From Pseudovirgaria hyperparasitica (taxonomy: Eukaryota): a stretch of 64,000 nucleotides of DNA. Below the pieces are notes generated by a model that made no database searches, was not told the origin of the DNA, and saw nothing but the letters and a program-made list of their open reading frames with translations. A program made the translations under genes and the position numbers. Numbering within the stretch: position 1 is the first letter of the stretch; each line of letters starts with the position of its first letter. The stretch is from assembly GCA_010093815.1 (NCBI GenBank), contig ML996566.1; one strand, written 5' to 3'. Shown in pieces: positions 37,939 to 51,149 of this stretch.

Positions 37939-38447
37939 ATGCAAGACAACGAGGCTGTTCATGATCCCGACGCCGGGTGGAAGTCGAAGAACCGCCCTCA
38001 GTCGTAAGTCGGGTACTCAGACATGCATGAAAGCTTGCTGATCATCTAGGACTGTCGCCCGCAACTTTTCTGCTGCCCTCGACGATCTTTTTAAGATGGA
38101 TAATGACCTCGACAGTCTATCCAAGAACGTCCATCAGAAGTTCGCGCCCCTCTCGCACCCCTCCTGTTTAACCATCAATTGACAATCACAGGAAGCAAGC
38201 AGTCACATCACAATCAGCTGAGCTGGAGGCCCTGGAGGCGCGGCTCAAGGCAGCAGAAGAACGCCTGAAGAATGCTGGCAAAAATCCCGCACCTTTTCCC
38301 AACTCGCGGAAGAACAGCCAGCGACGTACACCAGTGAAGGGAGCATTTGGAGAGGATGGCGACGGCTCGAATGGCGCTCCCTCAAGTCCTCTAGCCCAGC
38401 AGTCGAACGACGACTCGAGGCAGCAAACAAACGGTCATCCGGATTAG
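37939..38447 (+). CDS. Small coiled-coil hypothetical protein (about 136 aa); 3 exons, missed by the ORF track
   Basis: MQDNEAVHDPDAGWKSKNRPQS|TVARNFSAALDDLFKMDNDLDSLSKNVHQK|KQAVTSQSAELEALEARLKAAEERLK...; introns 38004-38049 and 38140-38191 with branch sites keep the frame. Confidence 0.8.
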
Positions 38448-39285
38448 ACTTGATCATCTTCTATAACATCACAAGTAAGAGCTCTTCAGAGCCAAACCCC
38501 GAGTCTAGGGTGGTAGGGATATAAAGTCAGCACTACATCAGGGACGTGGTGCGGCAGCATATTTTTGGCGCAGTGCTGTGTCACAAGAGGGACCTGCACC
38601 TTCGGGGGTTTGTATACATAATAACTATTTGACGTCAGTTTTACGCATCGACCAATACGAGTCTCAGCATTATCTATTAGGCGCTTACTTCCAAATATAC
38701 AATAGTCAATAAGGCTGGCTACCTGTTCTCGGTCCATAGACTTCAATCTCTAAAAGTGACCAACAACAAATACTGGGTATCCCGGACTAAGAGTTTCAAC
38801 ATCCCTGCAACAGCCTGTATAGTGTATGCCAATGGCCTGTATGCAAATGGCTATTAGCTGCATGGCGAAGTGTCCAGATTTGGATTCACTACAGGGTCTC
38901 ATCATGCTTGAGTAAGTATCTGCTTAGGTAGGTAGCACTCAATCGAAATACAAGACCACCCTGCACAGAAGGTAAGACTGTAGAAACACGTCACTGATCC
39001 TGAAATTATGGTGGGGTACGTGCTTTCATCCTGCATGCATCCATCCGCGTTCCCCAGATCTAGCGTCATGAGTCACTCGGCTGCTTGAGTTTAATCAACC
39101 CCCAGGCCAAAGGTGGCATACACAAGTTGCCATATAATTCGGCATACACAACATCTTCCGATTGCTACCAAGAGATTTACTACTGGAAAGCTACGATCAA
39201 ATCCCAAACACTGGACTCTTCCATTCATGTCGAGCAACATGGCTCTTCAGACATATGCACCAACGACTCCCTCTCCAGTCTGAAA

Positions 39286-40047
39286 ATGCTCACCTTCCTA
39301 GACCTGCCGAAAAACGTTCGGATGCAAACATACAGTCTGCTCTGCCCTACGATACCAGTACCGCCTGGTCTCAAAGGCGTTCAGACACTTCGTCATGATG
39401 GCGTGCGGTGCAGCGTCACATTCCTTCGGTCTAATCGCGCCATCTATAAAGAAGCCGGTCACTTTCTGTACACCTCCACGGCATACACTCTGCGCTACAA
39501 CAACGCAACCTGTCTGTTCTACTTCATTAACAGCATTTACGACGCCTCGGAGCTCCACAGTTTAATGTCTCGACTGCGCAAAGTCCGCAAGTTGATCTTC
39601 GAAATCCGTTTGGGCGATGACATGTCACGTGCTGAGACAAGGCAAGGACTGAGCATTCTATATGGTTTCGCAGCCTTGTTTGGGGAATGTGAAAGAGAAT
39701 TACAGGCCTTGCAGTTGAAGGTTTTCCCTGTCGAAGATGTAATGAGGAAGGACGAGATCATTCTACCCAGTTTTTCCTTTGCCGAACTTGCGCTGGCGTG
39801 TCTGGTGGAGATGGGGCAGGTCAACGAGGTAACAATTGAAGCTTTTTGCGTGAAGAAGTGGATGAGACCAGAGATTCAGCCTGCAAACTGGGGCGAAAAG
39901 AGGTTGAAATGGGAGAGATTGGTCAGCGATATGAGTACTACTTTGATGGAGGGCAGTATCTTGCGGGGCACCAAAGACTGGCTAGAGCGTATAAATGGTG
40001 GCCAGGTTGAATACCTCGAAGGAGAAGTCGACAGCGATAATGAATAA
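39286..40047 (+). CDS. Hypothetical protein with an N-terminal F-box-like motif
   Basis: MLTFLDLPKNVRMQTYSLL and FLRSNRAIYKEAGHFLY match the common fungal F-box-like pattern (FLDLPxEIRxxIY ... LLxxxRxIYxEAxxxLY). Confidence 0.7.
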   Translation: MLTFLDLPKNVRMQTYSLLCPTIPVPPGLKGVQTLRHDGVRCSVTFLRSNRAIYKEAGHFLYTSTAYTLRYNNATCLFYFINSIYDASELHSLMSRLRKVRKLIFEIRLGDDMSRAETRQGLSILYGFAALFGECERELQALQLKVFPVEDVMRKDEIILPSFSFAELALACLVEMGQVNEVTIEAFCVKKWMRPEIQPANWGEKRLKWERLVSDMSTTLMEGSILRGTKDWLERINGGQVEYLEGEVDSDNE

Positions 40048-40280
40048 GAGGCCGGCAGCATCTCTATGTCCCATATCACGAGTCCAGGCCATATCGAGTT
40101 ATGTTCCGGGTGTTGTGGCGTGAATGGCTCTACAGTTACTGTGTCGTCTATCTGAGAGTGGCTTGAGCTGGCCGTACTATGAATTCAATACACATACTTG
40201 TTCCCGACACACATCATATTTTGCAAAATTGGTGGAAAGTTTCATGGCTTTTTTATATATATTACAAGCTATGACAAATG

Positions 40281-41198
40281 TCATCTGCCCATTGGCACTG
40301 GTTTCAAGTGACCTTGCTTGTCGTACTTCGCCTCTGAACAGTAGTCAGTACAACATCCGCCGTGCGTGGGACGAACTTACTGAAGAATGTATAACTCAGT
40401 GTTATCGTCTCAATGCCTCTCATATTGAGATCCTTGCTAAACTCAGGATCAATGTAGAAAAAGACTGGCATATCTACTGTCTCACCGGCCAATAGCCGTT
40501 GTTCTTCAAAGCAGAAACACTGTATCTTGCTGAAATATGGTGCGACCTGACCAGGGGTAACACTATACGTTGCGACGCCAATTATATCTTCATCACTCTT
40601 GTTTGTTGCCGTGTAGAATGCCAGGGCTGTTTCACCCGGCAACACACGCACCTCACGCTGCTGTGGCGTGAATTTCCAAGGCATTATATCGGACACAGTC
40701 CCGCTGAACGTTATGCGCAGCCGTTTGGCCGACGTATCGGGTCGTAATCGCACAGATGGATCTTCCGAAGACGTGCCTGCGTGGGCGGCACTTTTGATGG
40801 GCTGCCCTCCCCAGCCAGTGGTCTGACAGATCATTTTATACATTGGTACAGAGCCGTATGAGAGTGCCACGGTACCAAGGATTATGGAAAGTGTGTAGTA
40901 TCTATAGTTGAAATCAGAATTGCCATTGGCAAAATTTGTGGCTAGGAGCAGCTGCGCTTGATTATGAGACGTACAGTACAGATTGGTTTCGAATCTTGTG
41001 GTGGTCGCGAACTTGGTCCATGGTCGGACTGGTGTGCTGTCTGCGGTCATGGCTGGAGTTGATGAATCGTCGCGAGATAGCCCGGCGGAGGGTCCATGCC
41101 GTCAGCTTCGACTGGGAGCTTTGCAGGCATGAGTTGCATATCCAGAACTCAGGACCGGTACCGTGTCTGAGGATGGACCTCGTGATAGGTCTTGACAT
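40281..41198 (-). CDS. COX11: Cytochrome c oxidase assembly copper chaperone Cox11; 3 exons
   Basis: LSYGSVPMYKMICQTTGWGG, PWKFTPQQREV, YFSKIQCFCFEEQ (CFCF Cu motif), TITLSYTFF; last exon AKYDKQGHLKPVPMGR*. Confidence 0.95.
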
Positions 41199-41386
41199 AA
41201 TTATAGAAGTATGCTGGTCAGGAAGCTATTCCTGTTCTGCGGCGTTTCTGGAAGAGGTTGCGGAGCTCGGTAGAGACTAAACCTAATTCGAAAAATATGG
41301 ATTCAAACTTTCGACGTCACGACAATGTCTCACCACAAACCTGTTGAGTACATTCTACTTGACCTGGACGATACCTTGACTCAAAC

Positions 41387-42008
41387 ATGCCTTCTAACTG
41401 TGGCATTTGTGAAAAAGAGGTATCGAAGTATAAATGCCCGACCTGTGCCATTCCATAGTAAGTATAGTCCATCCTAGACGCGAATGTTCGCTAATGTACG
41501 AAGTTGTTCTTTGACGTGCTATAAACCTCACAAAGCTGCACATGCTACAGATACTATACCTGAGCTGCAACATGAAGACCAGGAAGAAGCGCAGCCTGAT
41601 CACGACACTCCAGCACCCCAAGGCTACGCGTCCTGGCCACCCGACTTTTCTGCCTTGCCGGTCAATCCCAAGCTAGAAAATCTGCTGAGTCAGTATCCGA
41701 ATCTAAAGGATCAGCTTCGATCAATATTTCTCAAGACTTTTGAGCCACCAACACAAGACCAGAACGACTCCAGTAGCTTCCGTGGGCGAGGGAGAGGTGG
41801 TCGTTATCGTAACGGACGGGGCACATTCCGCGGTCGCGGTCGTGGTGGACACGGGCATGGACCGTGGACGAAAGAAAAGGGAGATAAAGCTGCTCTATAC
41901 CATATGCAGCAGATTGAGAATTCGAACAGTGAAGGCAGTGAAAGTTTGCAAGCTTTTGTGGAGACTGTCTCTGAGCTTTACGAAAAAGAAAAGATTGCCT
42001 TCACTTGA
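41387..42008 (+). CDS. HIT-type zinc finger protein (Hit1/ZNHIT3-like, snoRNP assembly); 1 intron
   Basis: MPSNCGICEKEVSKYKCPTCAIP|YCSLTCYKPHK zf-HIT; LENLLSQYPNLKDQLRSIF helix; RGG segment. Confidence 0.85.
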
Positions 42009-43042
42009 TTTGCGCATCACGACCATGCACCAACAAATAAGCTCCGCAAACCATCGTTGACTGCTGAACGGTAAGCTAAGGCTCTCATCATTCGTGGGTT
42101 GGAACAGGCGCCAATACTGTGCCATGTCGAGTCTCATTCGAAAGCATTGATCTGTTCGCTTACTATCTTGCAAGCGAGCGGGGCAACCGCTCTACGCACA
42201 AGCGTTGTGGTGCAGTTTCTACCTCCATGTCTCAACGAGCAGACAAGCATCGGAAGACGGGCGACTCATGCGGAAAATCAGCTGCTCGGCAGCGATGTAG
42301 CTGCATTTTACAACATTCATGCTTCTATGAATCAACATGGTATCATGAAAAGTTTGTACAGTTTTTGAGAAAGGATCGAACTACAGATCGCTCCTTAATT
42401 CTCTTATAGACGCACTGTAAACCAGATATCGATCCTAAAGCCTTTCCTTGGCTGCCGACAATACCAGACGACGCAAACACCACCACCCCTGTTAGAACGT
42501 AAGTCGCTGTTATATAAAGATCCGACCCATGTGGAGATGACTGATATCAGCGTAAGGCTACCGCAAGGCGGCTGTGGCGCCGAAGAAAGAAAAGTCGAGA
42601 AGAATACAGGCTGATTCGTTTAACATGACTCAGGCTACTGTCACTTGCTGTACCAACAAATCAGAAAGCTTTTCTAACGTCCAAGACAAGCATATACCAA
42701 GTAAAGATCTAGTCATGCGAGTTCTTTCGGTCTTCGTTATCGTAATTACTGGCGACTCCTCGATGAAGGGCATTTCTATCCCGGGTCACTTTTGAAGAAT
42801 GCCATCAAGTTAGGCATATGTGTTGGAGATCACTTCCGGTGTTACTGAGACTCTCACCCCATGAGTATGGCATCCCCTGCCGATGATGAGCCACGGAACG
42901 TCAAAAGTACCTTGTCTTGCCCTCCCATCTCCTCATCGTGATCTTTCCGTTCCACTCGTCGGTACGTATCGAGCATTCACAGCCTCAGTTTCAGCCATCC
43001 ACTACATTGGAAGACCAACAAGAAAGCTTGGTCGGAAGCAGT

Positions 43043-44650
43043 ATGAATGACGGTGTTGGACCTGATGAGACTGGTGTATCGTTCGCGAAGAAGAACGCTA
43101 ATATAACATATGGTCTTATCGGTATTTCTCTCATTCTGCAAATTACTTGCGTCACGACAAGACTCTATGGGAGGTTGAAGCTGCGAGGCCATTTACGGAG
43201 TGATGATTACATCATGGTAGTAGGCTCGGTCAGTTTATAACACTATCAATGCTGCAATTATGCTAAACCTTCGCAGTTGGCAGTGTTGGCGGTCAGTATC
43301 ATTGGGATACTTGGGCCGAAATGGGGAGCCGGTTATCATTCAGAGGATTTCGAGCCATCCTGGAGAGAACATTTCGCGAGAGTAAGTTCAGAGAGATCGA
43401 AAGCGTCCAACTGCAGCACCTACTCACAAACATAGCTTACATTCGCCTTCAACATTGCACACCCACTTGCTTGCTCGTTACCAAAGACTGCGATATGCAT
43501 CACATACCTCCAGCTGTTCCCCTCTCCCAAAAACAGACTCTTTTGCCATATCTTTTTGGTCTTCACTATCAGTTGGTGTATAGCAGCAATAACTGTTAAT
43601 ATCTTCCAATGCATGTAAGCTTTCATTCTTTCCTATAACTTAATCAGTCTAGTAAAGCTAAATTGCGTTCAAGTCCCGTGAATGGCATGTGGGAGTTACT
43701 CCCTAGTTTATCAACGCGTAAATGCATCAATGTAAAGGTCGCGCTGGTCATATCTGCGTCGTTCAACAGGTATGCCGCCCTTCTAGATTACGAGTCAAGT
43801 TGTAACGTAGCACAGTCTGTCCGATCTGTGCATCTACTTGTGGCCTACGCGGATGATTTGGCGTATCCAAATCCCTCTCCGGCAACGACTCGGCTTGATT
43901 GCAGTCTTTTGCACGGGAATTTTGATATGTGTTACAGGTGCAGTGCGGATGTGGTACCTTGCGCGCTTCTTCGATTCAAATGACCAACTCGGTATGCCTT
44001 GTCCCGGTCTGCCCCTTGCAGCGTAGCCTCCCTTCCTTCGCCGTATTCTGCTTGTGGTCGCCCGTTCCCCGCCCATATGGGCCTATGCGCTGTAAAGCTG
44101 ACCTTTCCACATAGCACTCGCTGCCATTGTCTGGGCCGTATCTGTCGTCGAGGTAAATATGGGCGTTATATGCGGCTGTCTGCATGGCGTCCGCGCCGTT
44201 GTCTCGCTGTCTCCGGGTATATTCTCGTCGGAATACCGCGAAAACCATCACCCTCAGCATCATTACACAAATGGCGGCGCAGCATTCGAAACCATCGATC
44301 TGCGCAACAGGTGTGGCAGCTCTACACTAAGGCGAACAGACCAGGCGTGGATACACGACGTTCTCGGTAGTAAACCGAGACATGGAGCGTCGAACATTGT
44401 CGCGATGGAATTGAACGACCGCGCAACCCTAAAGCGGAGTGGATCCTCTCGCAGTGACTGTATGGGTGTCAATACGTGGATCACGACTGGATCTCGGGAC
44501 TCACAGCTACCGAAGACTGGCATCGAGCTCACGACCGAGGTGATGACGGAATATGGATGTGGCCCGTCTATGACCTCGAGAAGCCTCAGCCTCAAGGCAC
44601 GCAACTCGGCTGATGAGTTGATCGTATCATCATCCCGTGAATCACGGTGA
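43043..44650 (+). CDS. PTH11-like (fungal rhodopsin-domain) integral membrane protein without CFEM; several introns
   Basis: RLYGRLKLRGHLRSDDYIM, KTAICITYLQLF, NIFQC, PTRMIWRIQIPLRQRLGLIAVFCTG, WAVSVVEVNMGVICGCL motifs across exons. Confidence 0.8.
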
Positions 44651-45001
44651 AATTTATAAACAGTGAGAGGCAAACATAATCACAATGAAGTAGCGGGTGG
44701 CAGAGTAATGAAGGTTCCCATCCCAGTCGACCGAATTCCTCTCATTCTTCCTCACACTGTACATAGAGTGTCCTCCACACGCACCTCTGGTCTTCACCCA
44801 AACGCATCTTCTCTCCACCATGCGTGAAGCCCACTACGCAGTCACTCGACCAGCACATCGACACTACATATCCCCAGCCGCTCTCTTCCCATTACTTCCT
44901 TACTTCCTTCCCTCTCCCTTTTCCCCCCTGGATACAAAACCCAATATACGTAGACCGTATACCATGCCCTGTACACATACAACCCTAACCCTCCCAATCC
45001 C

Positions 45002-45919
45002 ATGCCCCGCCCCATCACCACACTCACAATCCTCATCCCCACCCTCGCTATCGCCATCACCGGCACCATCCTCGGCATCACAGCCCTCCTGATCGACGTC
45101 CGCCGCCGCCGTCGATCCAAATCCCGCCTCTCCAAGACATCATCATGTTCTAGCACCGCCACACTCGTCGGTAATGAGCGCGCCCAGGCGGCGAAGGACC
45201 GGTGGCCGCCGCCTCCACGTGTGGATTCTGCGCTTGTGTGCCATAGTGCGTTTCGCCCTTTTTCGGCGCTCGAGCGGGCGGTGGCGTTTTTTACGTCGTC
45301 GTCGTCGTCTGCGGGGTCTAGGCGGAGTAGTAGGAGTACGACACGGACGCAGGCTTCACTGCCTGATAATCCTCCTCCACCTCCTCCTCCTCCTCCTCCT
45401 CCTCCTCCATCACAAGCAGAGCAACACCCCGCCCGCCGCACATCAAGTATATACTCGCCCGGCCCGGCCACCGCATGGCCCTTCCAGCGGACACAAAATG
45501 CGCACTTCTCAGACGGATTCGAAAGCGGCAGCATTACATCCTCATCCTCATCATCAACATGGCAAACAACCAACACAGCGACAGAAACCGGGTATTCGTG
45601 TGCGAAGCTGGGGCCACGGCATCAGTGTCCGGGGTGTTGTGAGGATGCGGGGATGATGCCGGGGGCGTGGTGGAAGAGGGGGACGATTGATAGGAATGGA
45701 GAGGGGGATATGTATGAGGTGGTGTTGGAGATGGAGAAGGGGAGGGATGATGCGGCGAGGATGACGGTGTGGCCGGCGGGTTGGCTGGACCGGGGGTCGG
45801 AGCGGAATGTCGAGGTTGTGGAGAGGGAGTGGCCGCGGACGCCGCGGTTTGAGAGGGCGTATCTGGGGGAGGGGAGGGATGTGGAGGGATTGCCGTGGCG
45901 GGCGGAGGGGTGGGTGTGA
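45002..45919 (+). CDS. Hypothetical low-complexity protein with an N-terminal TM segment and poly-Pro
   Basis: 305-codon ORF; hydrophobic ILIPTLAIAITGTILGITALLI followed by RRRRR; (CCT)n tract. Confidence 0.55.
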   Translation: MPRPITTLTILIPTLAIAITGTILGITALLIDVRRRRRSKSRLSKTSSCSSTATLVGNERAQAAKDRWPPPPRVDSALVCHSAFRPFSALERAVAFFTSSSSSAGSRRSSRSTTRTQASLPDNPPPPPPPPPPPPPSQAEQHPARRTSSIYSPGPATAWPFQRTQNAHFSDGFESGSITSSSSSSTWQTTNTATETGYSCAKLGPRHQCPGCCEDAGMMPGAWWKRGTIDRNGEGDMYEVVLEMEKGRDDAARMTVWPAGWLDRGSERNVEVVEREWPRTPRFERAYLGEGRDVEGLPWRAEGWV

Positions 45920-46047
45920 TGAGAGGGATTGGGAAAGGGGGGAGATTATGTATAGAGAGAAAGGAGCGATCATGCGATATACTGATTGTGGAATATTGGA
46001 TATGTGTTTGGTATCATTAGTTTATGATATTAAGATTCTACCTTACT

Positions 46048-47412
46048 TTAAGCTGCGGGGGCTCGCCCAGGGAGCTTTTCGTTGTATTTGGAGCCGTCGG
46101 AGCTGGAGCTCGCGTTGCTGAGTGTGCTCGCGCGTTTGCTGAGGGTTTGTGGTGGTGGCTGGTCTGTCGGCGTCGTGGGCCGTGAGTTTGTCGGCGTCAG
46201 TCTGGATGGCCGCGTGCTGTTGGATAGGCCTGATGCGCCGCTGACTGCGCGTTTGCGCCGCCTGCCTTCTGTGCTTCCGGCGGTGCTGTTGCTCCATCTC
46301 CGTTCTCGTGCTTCCTGGCGTCCGGGTCGGTCAGGTCGGTCGTCGTCAAAGGCGGCTACCGAACTGCGTGAAGAGGAGCGCGAGTGGGAGACATCCCGTT
46401 CGCGTTCTCGTATGACGCTTGGTCTTCGCTTCTTGTCCTTGAGGTGCGACAGACTGTGGATGTTTGTGGGGACAAAGGACTTTTCGTAGTTTGGCTTCTT
46501 GGCTCTGTGCCATCCTCTCCACCCTGTCCACCAGAGCCATCCGCCTTCTTGTTTCGCGAGTTCACGGTCGCGCTGCTTGACCACCTTGCGCAACTCGGCG
46601 CGTCGTTCGTTCTCTCGTTCCCAGAATTCGAGCCGATAAAGCTCCCAATTCTCTCGGAATTCGGGCGAGAATGGTTTTGGTAGGAGGATCAGACGGATGT
46701 GGTCGCCGCCGGGAGCGATATCCTCCTCTATGTATTGGTGTCCGTGGTCGCGAAAGGTGTGTCGCGCGATGCCTTCGTGTTTCTGGCTTTCGGCGTGGTC
46801 GATGAGATGGTAGGAGGAGCCCGGCGAGGGGAAGAATAGATGAACGGGAACGATGAAGGATATGTAGGATAAAGCTTCCCTCCACCAAGGCCCTTTCATG
46901 ACTACGATCTTGCAGTTCATGCCTCTGAGGCCCCGATTTGTGACTCCCACCCAGCGTCGCGGCCAGCGCACGCCTCTTTCCCATTGTCCGGCTCCCCAGA
47001 ACAGCACGCCCAGGACCACTCCGCCTATCCACGCTACTTTTTCAGCCATGTCTACAACCCAGTATACCGAACCTCCAACGCCCTGGCCGTCTTCGCGGGG
47101 TCGGAGGAAGAGCAGATAGGAGAAGCCAGTGATCCATAGCATCAACAGTATGAGAACGAACGTGTTGATCCTCCGCCGTGCGCGAAGACTGAGATATTGC
47201 GAGCGTAAGGACGCCTCAAGAATGAGGAGATTGAGGTAGATTTGCGAAGGCGCGGAGGGTAGTAACGATGTGGGATCAGACACGGGATTTCTGGGAGTCT
47301 TTATGGCAGCGAGACGCTCATTCTGGGAGGCAGCGAGGTTGGCATGGTGTACGGGACTGTTGCTTGGTGGTGGTGCTCCTTTGACGACCTGGTCCAGTGT
47401 AGCATCTGACAT
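46048..47412 (-). CDS. SPO7: Spo7, regulatory subunit of the Nem1-Spo7 phosphatase
   Basis: IYLNLLILEASLRSQYLSLRARRR, two TM segments, PRRWVGVTNRGLRGMNCKIV, LLPKPFSPEFRENWELYRLEFWERE. Confidence 0.9.
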   Translation of the reverse strand: MSDATLDQVVKGAPPPSNSPVHHANLAASQNERLAAIKTPRNPVSDPTSLLPSAPSQIYLNLLILEASLRSQYLSLRARRRINTFVLILLMLWITGFSYLLFLRPREDGQGVGGSVYWVVDMAEKVAWIGGVVLGVLFWGAGQWERGVRWPRRWVGVTNRGLRGMNCKIVVMKGPWWREALSYISFIVPVHLFFPSPGSSYHLIDHAESQKHEGIARHTFRDHGHQYIEEDIAPGGDHIRLILLPKPFSPEFRENWELYRLEFWERENERRAELRKVVKQRDRELAKQEGGWLWWTGWRGWHRAKKPNYEKSFVPTNIHSLSHLKDKKRRPSVIRERERDVSHSRSSSRSSVAAFDDDRPDRPGRQEARERRWSNSTAGSTEGRRRKRAVSGASGLSNSTRPSRLTPTNSRPTTPTDQPPPQTLSKRASTLSNASSSSDGSKYNEKLPGRAPAA

Positions 47413-48168
47413 TTTGGATGCGGCGAAAGGGGAGTTGGGCCAGTGAGTTCCCGGTGGCACACGATGTTACGAAGCCATGCAGCAGCTCGGACGGAACGAG
47501 CAGAGCATTCTCCCTGGCAGCGATATGAGTTTGTGAGTGGGAAACGGGGAGAGACAATATAAAAGATAAAAGACGGCGGTGTGGCTTTCGACGGTGTTGC
47601 ATGTGCTCGCCAGCAGACAACCAGATAGTGCGCTAACCGCTTCCAGCCGAGACATGGAACAATCAAAACACGGGATACACAGTACAAATACAATAGAAAC
47701 AATCACAACAGCACTTCCATTTGCGAATAACAATAGATGGTTAGTAGAACGTGTCTACTATTCCTGATGTCGGGCGAATATTATATATGCCTTGATGCCT
47801 TGGTGCCTGGCACGGACGATATTTGGCCCGAGGCTCGCTAGGCCGCACGGTTTCTGCGGACGTGGAGCATTCATTCCACCTAAACTCCGGCCCGCCACCG
47901 TCTTCTGCTTTCGGTGACGCGTTTTGTGCATCTTCTCTCTTTTGTAGCGCTTGTGTGATATATATAGGAATACATTCTCCTCCTTTGGCTGCGGCAGGCA
48001 ATCTGGTCTGCTGCCTTCTCTTATATCAGCGTGTTCCCGCTCATAGATTCGCCGCTGCTGGCGATCGTCATTTGCATCTCCAGGACCCGGCCGGCGCTGC
48101 CTTATACATCCCTATATCCTACCTCACCCCTGCAACATATCCATAATCCTAGAAGATATCTTTCCGCC

Positions 48169-49811
48169 ATGGCGACTCAAAGTGGTTCAGACGACATCAA
48201 CACGCGGACGCAGCACAGTCCCCTTGCATCGCAACGGGGCAACTACCAGCCTCCTACTGTCCCCAGCGGACATCCTCCAGCAACTCGAGGATGGTTTCCC
48301 TTGGGATACAAGGAGGCAGCCAGTCAATGGGTAAGATCCGTATATGATTTACCGGAATCAGTTGTGCTGATGGGTAGTAGTGGGCTGGACTGGCGCCAGC
48401 AAGTACAGAGCACTCCGTCCTCTCATTCGTACCCTATCTCCAGAAACCACCTACACACACCATAACTGGCTCAGCTCCCGGATCCGCTACCGCTTCCTCA
48501 GCAAACCTGCAGTCGAGCAACAATACGAGCCCTGTCACAACGACAAGCTCAATCACTGATCCATATGGACCGCGCAGATGGGTATCGCAGATGGTGAACC
48601 TCAGTGGCAAGGATCGTGCGCTGAACGAATTCTCGGTAGAGAGAGTCGGAGAAGATGTGGAGCACAATCTGGTCATGCTGCATGGGTACGGCGCTGGTTT
48701 GGGCTTCTTTTACAAAAACTTCGAGGGGCTAAGTCGAGCGCCTGGCTGGAAGCTGTACGCTCTCGACATGTTGGGAATGGGCAGGAGTAGTAGACCCCCG
48801 TTCAGGATTTGCGCCAAGACCCGGGAAGAAAAGATTACAGAAGCAGAGAACTGGTTCATCGACGCCCTGGAAGAGTGGCGGATCAAGAAGAACATCAACA
48901 AGTTCACCCTGCTCGGGCACAGCCTGGGGGGATACATGGCCGTGGCATATGCTCTCAAGTATCCAGGACACCTCAACAAGCTCATACTAGCCTCTCCTGT
49001 TGGTATCCCCGAAGATCCATTCGCGGTGAACGCAGAGATGCCCGAGCCCAGCCAATCCACGATAGACAACGAATTCACCCAAGACCAGAACTCGACCGCA
49101 AACTCCTCTTCTAGCAAAACCCAAGACAAGCCCCCTCGCAAACCCATGCCTAAGTGGCTCACCACCCTCTGGGATGCAAACATCTCACCTTTTAGCTTTG
49201 TCCGCTGGGCCGGTCCAATTGGCCCGCGTCTTGTCTCTGGCTGGACGTCTCGCCGCTTCTCCCACCTCCCCGAAGACGAAGCTCGCGCACTCCACGACTA
49301 CGCATACTCCCTCTTCCGCCAGCGCGGCAGCGGCGAGTACGCGCTCGCATACATTCTCGCACCAGGCGCATTCGCTCGCAGTCCGCTGATACGACGGATC
49401 CAGGGCGTGGGACGACAGTATCTAGGCGTTCACGCCGCGCCTCTTCCAGACAGCAGCGCATCGTCGTCTATACAGTCACCAGGATCATCCACAAACCCTC
49501 AAAATAACACACTCTCAGCCTCCTCGTCGCCTCGTGAGACAGGTCTTCCTGTCGTGCTAATGTACGGCGAACATGACTGGATGGACGTGGCCGGCGGCTT
49601 CGCAGCCGAGATGAAGCTGAACGCAGAAACATCAAAGGTGCTTGCGACAGCGGACCCAGAGACGCGAAAGTCAGATAATGGGAGCGCAAAGGTGGTGGTG
49701 ATTCGCAAGGCGGGGCATCACGTCTATCTGGATGGCTGGGAGCAGTTCAACGAAGTGATGCGCGAGGAGATGGCCGACGTAGAGAAGCGGGAGAAGGGCT
49801 GGAGGCCATGA
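48169..49811 (+). CDS. Alpha/beta hydrolase of the Cld1/Ict1 (ABHD4/5) family, cardiolipin deacylase-like; intron at about 48331-48380
   Basis: LHGYGAG oxyanion motif, GHSLGG nucleophile, YGEHDWMD, AGHHVYLD (HX4D). Confidence 0.88.
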
Positions 49812-51149
49812 GAGTCAGACGCAGCCAGATGGATTGACTGGATGGGTGTGTGTGCAAGCAGATGTGTGCACTTGGCGGTGATCTTGCGGCGTTGGTATAT
49901 ACCATTTTCTTTCACTCTTGCATATATAATATAGATGAGCGACGAGCGGTATGAATAGACCATTGCATCTTCAGGGACCTGTCTTGATCTGACTAGACGC
50001 CCTATGCTTGTCTCCTACTTTCCTATGACAGACGGTCGAATCAAAAAGACCCAGATATTGTACGCGGCTTTTCCACACAGTCACGTGTATCTACATACAT
50101 ACATAATACTCCTAGCGCACATACGTCGTCATCAACCAGCATGCACGACGCAGGAGACAACATCTCACCACCCACTAACTAACTCCCTAACACAACATCA
50201 CCCATCATAATGAGTATCCCTCCGATCAGGACACTTCTCTCAATCACGGTGGGTTTCCATTTAATGATATAATTACCCCCCAACCCGTGTCGCAGCCGCA
50301 GGGGAAAGTCGATTATAATCTTCCAAGATTTGCTTGGATCTCAATCTCCTTTGGGGGAATGATGGTGGTGGTGGTGATGATGGTGGTGATAATGGTGATG
50401 GTGATCGACTTCGTGTTTGCACTGTAGGTGTAGGCACACCGATTATGATGTGCGATGCTCGGTTATTGAGGAATTTTGGATCTACGCCTGCTTCTGCGGT
50501 TCTGCGAGGGGGAGGTAGGCAGGTAGGTGAGGTGGTGAGGTGGGTAAACGAGTCCAATGATCTCGATTATTCCTTTCTTATCGATTCTTCCATCCTTCAA
50601 AGGTTCTAGTTCTGTTCCGCTCAGCTCAGCTCAGCTCTACTTACTACCCCTGAGCCTAATCAGATATCATGCACTATGAGTTGTCCATTCTTCTCCCCGA
50701 CATGAGTATGAGTATGCTCGATAAAATGACTATCCTATGAAAATTTCTACTACGTTCTCCTGCACATTCGCCACCACCACCGCTAATGAATGCAATGCAC
50801 GCAACGCTGTACCTAATCGGAGTATTTATCTACACACATATTCTCCTACACACGTACGGGACGGTACTTTATGGGATGCGGCAGAACGCTCGGTCTTGGT
50901 CCGTGGTATGGACGGTAGGTAGGTAGGCGTATGTATGTATGTATGCGTGCTGTCATTCTCCCATATATACCTCGTCCTGCCTGCTTCGTTCTCTCTCTCA
51001 TCTAGACAGACAGACACACAGACACACAAACAGTCAGACATTCGTTACCCATCGAACCACCAACCGCCAACCAGCATTTCACTTTTTACTTTTCAACCAA
51101 AAACCACACCAACGCAACCAAACAACCAACCAAACCCCCACCACCAAAA

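Noticed and set aside
44981..44992. AACCCTAACCCT telomere-like or telomerase-template-like motif
   Set aside because: Two units only, inside a C/A-rich leader just before an ORF; no other support
50273..50609. Short Pro-rich and Gly/Asp-rich ORFs
   Set aside because: Derived from a (GGT/GAT)n microsatellite; no good start context
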